The notes under the pieces are model-generated. The model made no database searches and had not been told where the DNA came from. It worked only from the letters and a program-made list of their open reading frames with translations. A DNA stretch of 64,000 nt from Eledone cirrhosa (Eukaryota): assembly GCA_964016885.1 (NCBI GenBank), contig CAXHJY010001591.1, positions 186,001-250,000 on the forward strand, in the 5' to 3' direction. This document shows positions 61,206-64,000 of the stretch, piece by piece; the stretch's first letter is position 1, and each line of letters opens with the position of its first letter. The position numbers and the translations under genes are program-made.

Positions 61206-62865
61206 ATCATCGTCCTCATTTAACGTCTATTTTCCACGCTAGCATAGGTTAGACGGGCTTGTCCCATTTGAGCCAAGTTGGGTCGGGTGACCGTGTCTTG
61301 CTCATATAGGACTGTTTCTGGCTGGTTTTCTACAGCTGAATGCCCTTCCCAATGCCAACCACATTTACAGTGTGTCCTGGGTGCTTGATGTGTGTCTCCT
61401 ACACAACCACTTTACAGTGTAGTCTGGATGTTTTATAATACCAACATAACTTTACAGAGTAAGGGTGGTGTGAGAGGGATGTGTAGAGGGTGTGAGGGTG
61501 TATATTGGATAAAAAGGTACCTACTGAGTGTTTAAGTTTAAGTCTGTGCACAAGAGAAGGCGGGTCTTCTATATTGCTGCATAGCCCCAAAGATCTCGAT
61601 CCTATGTCATTGTCTTAGAGAGGTGCAAGTGTGCAAGGTCAGCTTTTAGCATCTTGTCCCAGGACTTTCTGGGTCTTCCTACTCCGTAGCTTCCATCAAT
61701 TTTGAATGCCCACCACTTTATTATACAACTTTATGCATCACATGTCCATATCAATGTAATCTTCTCTCCTGCACACAGCATTTGATTATTCCTCTTATGC
61801 CTAATTTCTCACTTAGTTCATTTACGCTTTGCTGTTTGTGTAACACATCCATCGGAGCATGCCAGCTCCATTTCTTTCCAATCTGCACAGATCCTCTGCA
61901 CACAATGCCCAGGTTTCACTACTATGTAACATTACTGTTCGTATACAAGCATCGTACAATCTGCCTTTCATTTTTAGGGAGAAACCTTTTATGGCCAACA
62001 GCGGTATTAGCTCTCTGAACTTCTTCCATCCTGTTCTTATTCTAGCTACTGTACTTTCAGAGCACCCTCCACCACTGCTGATTTTGTCACCCAGGTAACG
62101 GAAAGTGTTTACTATTTCTATAGAACCATCTGGGCAATAGAAGGAGCTAGTATCCTGTGGACACTTGCTACTTATTGCACCTGAGCATCGGCCACATATA
62201 AAGTCTATGTTCTTAGATAGTTTACCTGTGATCCCGCTACATCTTTTATGTACCCATACTTTGCATGACATAAAATTGAATTTCTGCCTACTCCTTTCCT
62301 ACACACTGAGCAAGGCCATTTCCCTGAGGGTACCTGTGCCTTATTTTCCTTTCTACAAACTAGGACTTTAGTCTTAGACAAGTTAACTTTATGGCCTTTT
62401 GATTCTAGGCCATGCTTCCATGTTTGGAATTTCTTTTCTAGTTCAGCCATTGATTCAGCTATGAGCGTTAGATCATCTGCATATAGGAGTTCCCATGGGC
62501 AGCCGGTCTTGAACTCCTCTGTTATAGCCTGAAGGGCAATAATAAATAGGAGGGGGCTAAGGACAGAGCCTTGGTGAACACCAACTTTTACACTAAATTC
62601 TTCACAATATTCATTGTTAATTCTAACCTTACTGACTGTTTCATTATACATAGCTTGTATAGCTCTCACAAGCCATTCATCTACACCTAGTTTTCTAAGA
62701 GCCCACCAGATAATGGAGCGGGGGACCCTGTCAAAGGCTTTTTCCAAGTCTACAATAGCTAAGTAGAGGGGTTTACTTTTAGCTAGGTACTTCTCTTGTA
62801 GTTGTTGTACAAGGAAAAGAGCGTCTGTGGTACTTTTACCTGACACAAACCCAAACTGCATTTCA
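61206..62865 (-). mobile_element. Chimeric RTE family B segment
   Basis: ORFs 62205-62918 (YADDL) and 61822-62271; left part duplicates 48699-49720. Confidence 0.92.
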
Positions 62866-63228
62866 GTAGGCACCTCTAACAAAATACACCCCTGTCCCAC
62901 TACCCCCACCCCATCCACACCACCCCCTTAAATGTGAAGTTATGTTGGTACCACAACATCCAGTCCGAAACAAATGAGGTCATGTAGGTGTCACAACAAA
63001 AAAACACAGTCCACGTTGTAATGTGGTCGTGTAGGTAACACGGTAAAAACCTCCAAGTCCACACTGTAAATGTGGTTGGTGTTAGGAAGGGCACCCAGCC
63101 GTAGAAAACCTGCCAGACAGTCCTATATGAGCAGAACAACCAATCTTGTCTCAAGTGGGAAAATTCCCGTCCAAACCCATGCAAGCGTGGAAGATGGACG
63201 TTAAACGATGATGATGATGATGATGATG
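62863..63228 (+). mobile_element. RTE family B 3' tail fused head-to-head to the minus-strand RT segment
   Basis: TCAGTAGGCACCTCTAAC... to (GAT)n; TCA shared at the junction. Confidence 0.88.
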
Positions 63229-63674
63229 TATCCATTAATTATAAAATATCACTAATCATGATTAAATGTCCCCTTTACATGTTCGTACCCAAGTAGACAT
63301 ATATCCATAAAGACATATCCACACATAATACACGATTATATAGGCAGTCACACACAATCAATATGTTCAGAATGAACACCCTATACATAATATGAATCTG
63401 CCAATGCCACAGCAGCTGGGGAACATGAAGCCTTTCTGCTTTACAACCCCCACCTCACCTACTTTCATTTATATCTCACCTACCAGCATATTTTCTAACT
63501 TCTTGGACAGCACTGACTTTGTTTACAAATGTAGAGCCTGAAGAATGGTTGGTCTCAACCAAATTTAAAATATATATTGCATTTTTGTAAATCTAACATT
63601 ATAACTCTTTACACAAGATAGCATTCTCTCCACTCTTTTGGATATTGAAACTGTTACTGCATCTATCTATCTAT

Positions 63675-63914
63675 TACATGGTGGCTGCCAACTCGTTTTC
63701 GAGTACGGCCACTACTTTATATCCATGTAGGAGAACCCCTACCGATGCGCTGAACGAGTGTGACTTTTTAGTCCAGCCAGCGACTTGAAAACTCTGGTAG
63801 AAACACTGCACTTGTGACAATTATTGACACATAGTGCTGGGCCCATGGTACCATGTGACGACAAGTGCAGAGAGATCTCCAGATATAAAGCAATGCCTGT
63901 GCCATGAAGCTTTT
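63675..63914 (-). mobile_element. 3' part of bipartite RTE-derived element, followed by (ACAT)n
   Basis: Near-identical to 14737-14976. Confidence 0.85.
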
Positions 63915-64000
63915 AAATACATGCATGCATACATACATGCATACATGCATACATGCATACATACATACATACATACCAAACATACATACATACATACCAA

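Overview
AT-rich animal nuclear DNA dominated by transposable elements; no prokaryotic features (operons, CRISPR, rRNA). The repeat vocabulary (tRNA-headed Meta-domain SINEs with (ATT)n tails, RTE LINEs with (GAT)n tails, (ACAT)n/(TA)n microsatellites) resembles octopus/cephalopod genomes; this assignment is from recall and is not verified. Most of the window is decayed, nested non-LTR retrotransposons (several RTE families, CR1, R4/Dong, CRE-like, Tx1/L1), plus a decayed Ty3/gypsy element, a solo LTR, a Tc1/mariner relic and piggyBac-type MITEs. The one convincing host coding sequence is a clean 99-aa ORF (45128-45427, minus) of unknown function. A splice donor lies 5 nt after its UAG stop, and several downstream acceptor-led short ORFs lie in the frame that read-through of that stop would use; this suggests, speculatively, A-to-I editing-gated C-terminal extension. 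Other notable structures: an R4/Dong element and a bipartite RTE-derived element both embedded in (ACAT)n, a twin-priming-like RTE inversion, a chimeric ~1.4 kb duplication, an inverted triplication hairpin, two large fold-backs and a CpG-rich promoter-like island near 55.7 kb. Boundaries were read by eye and are approximate for decayed elements.
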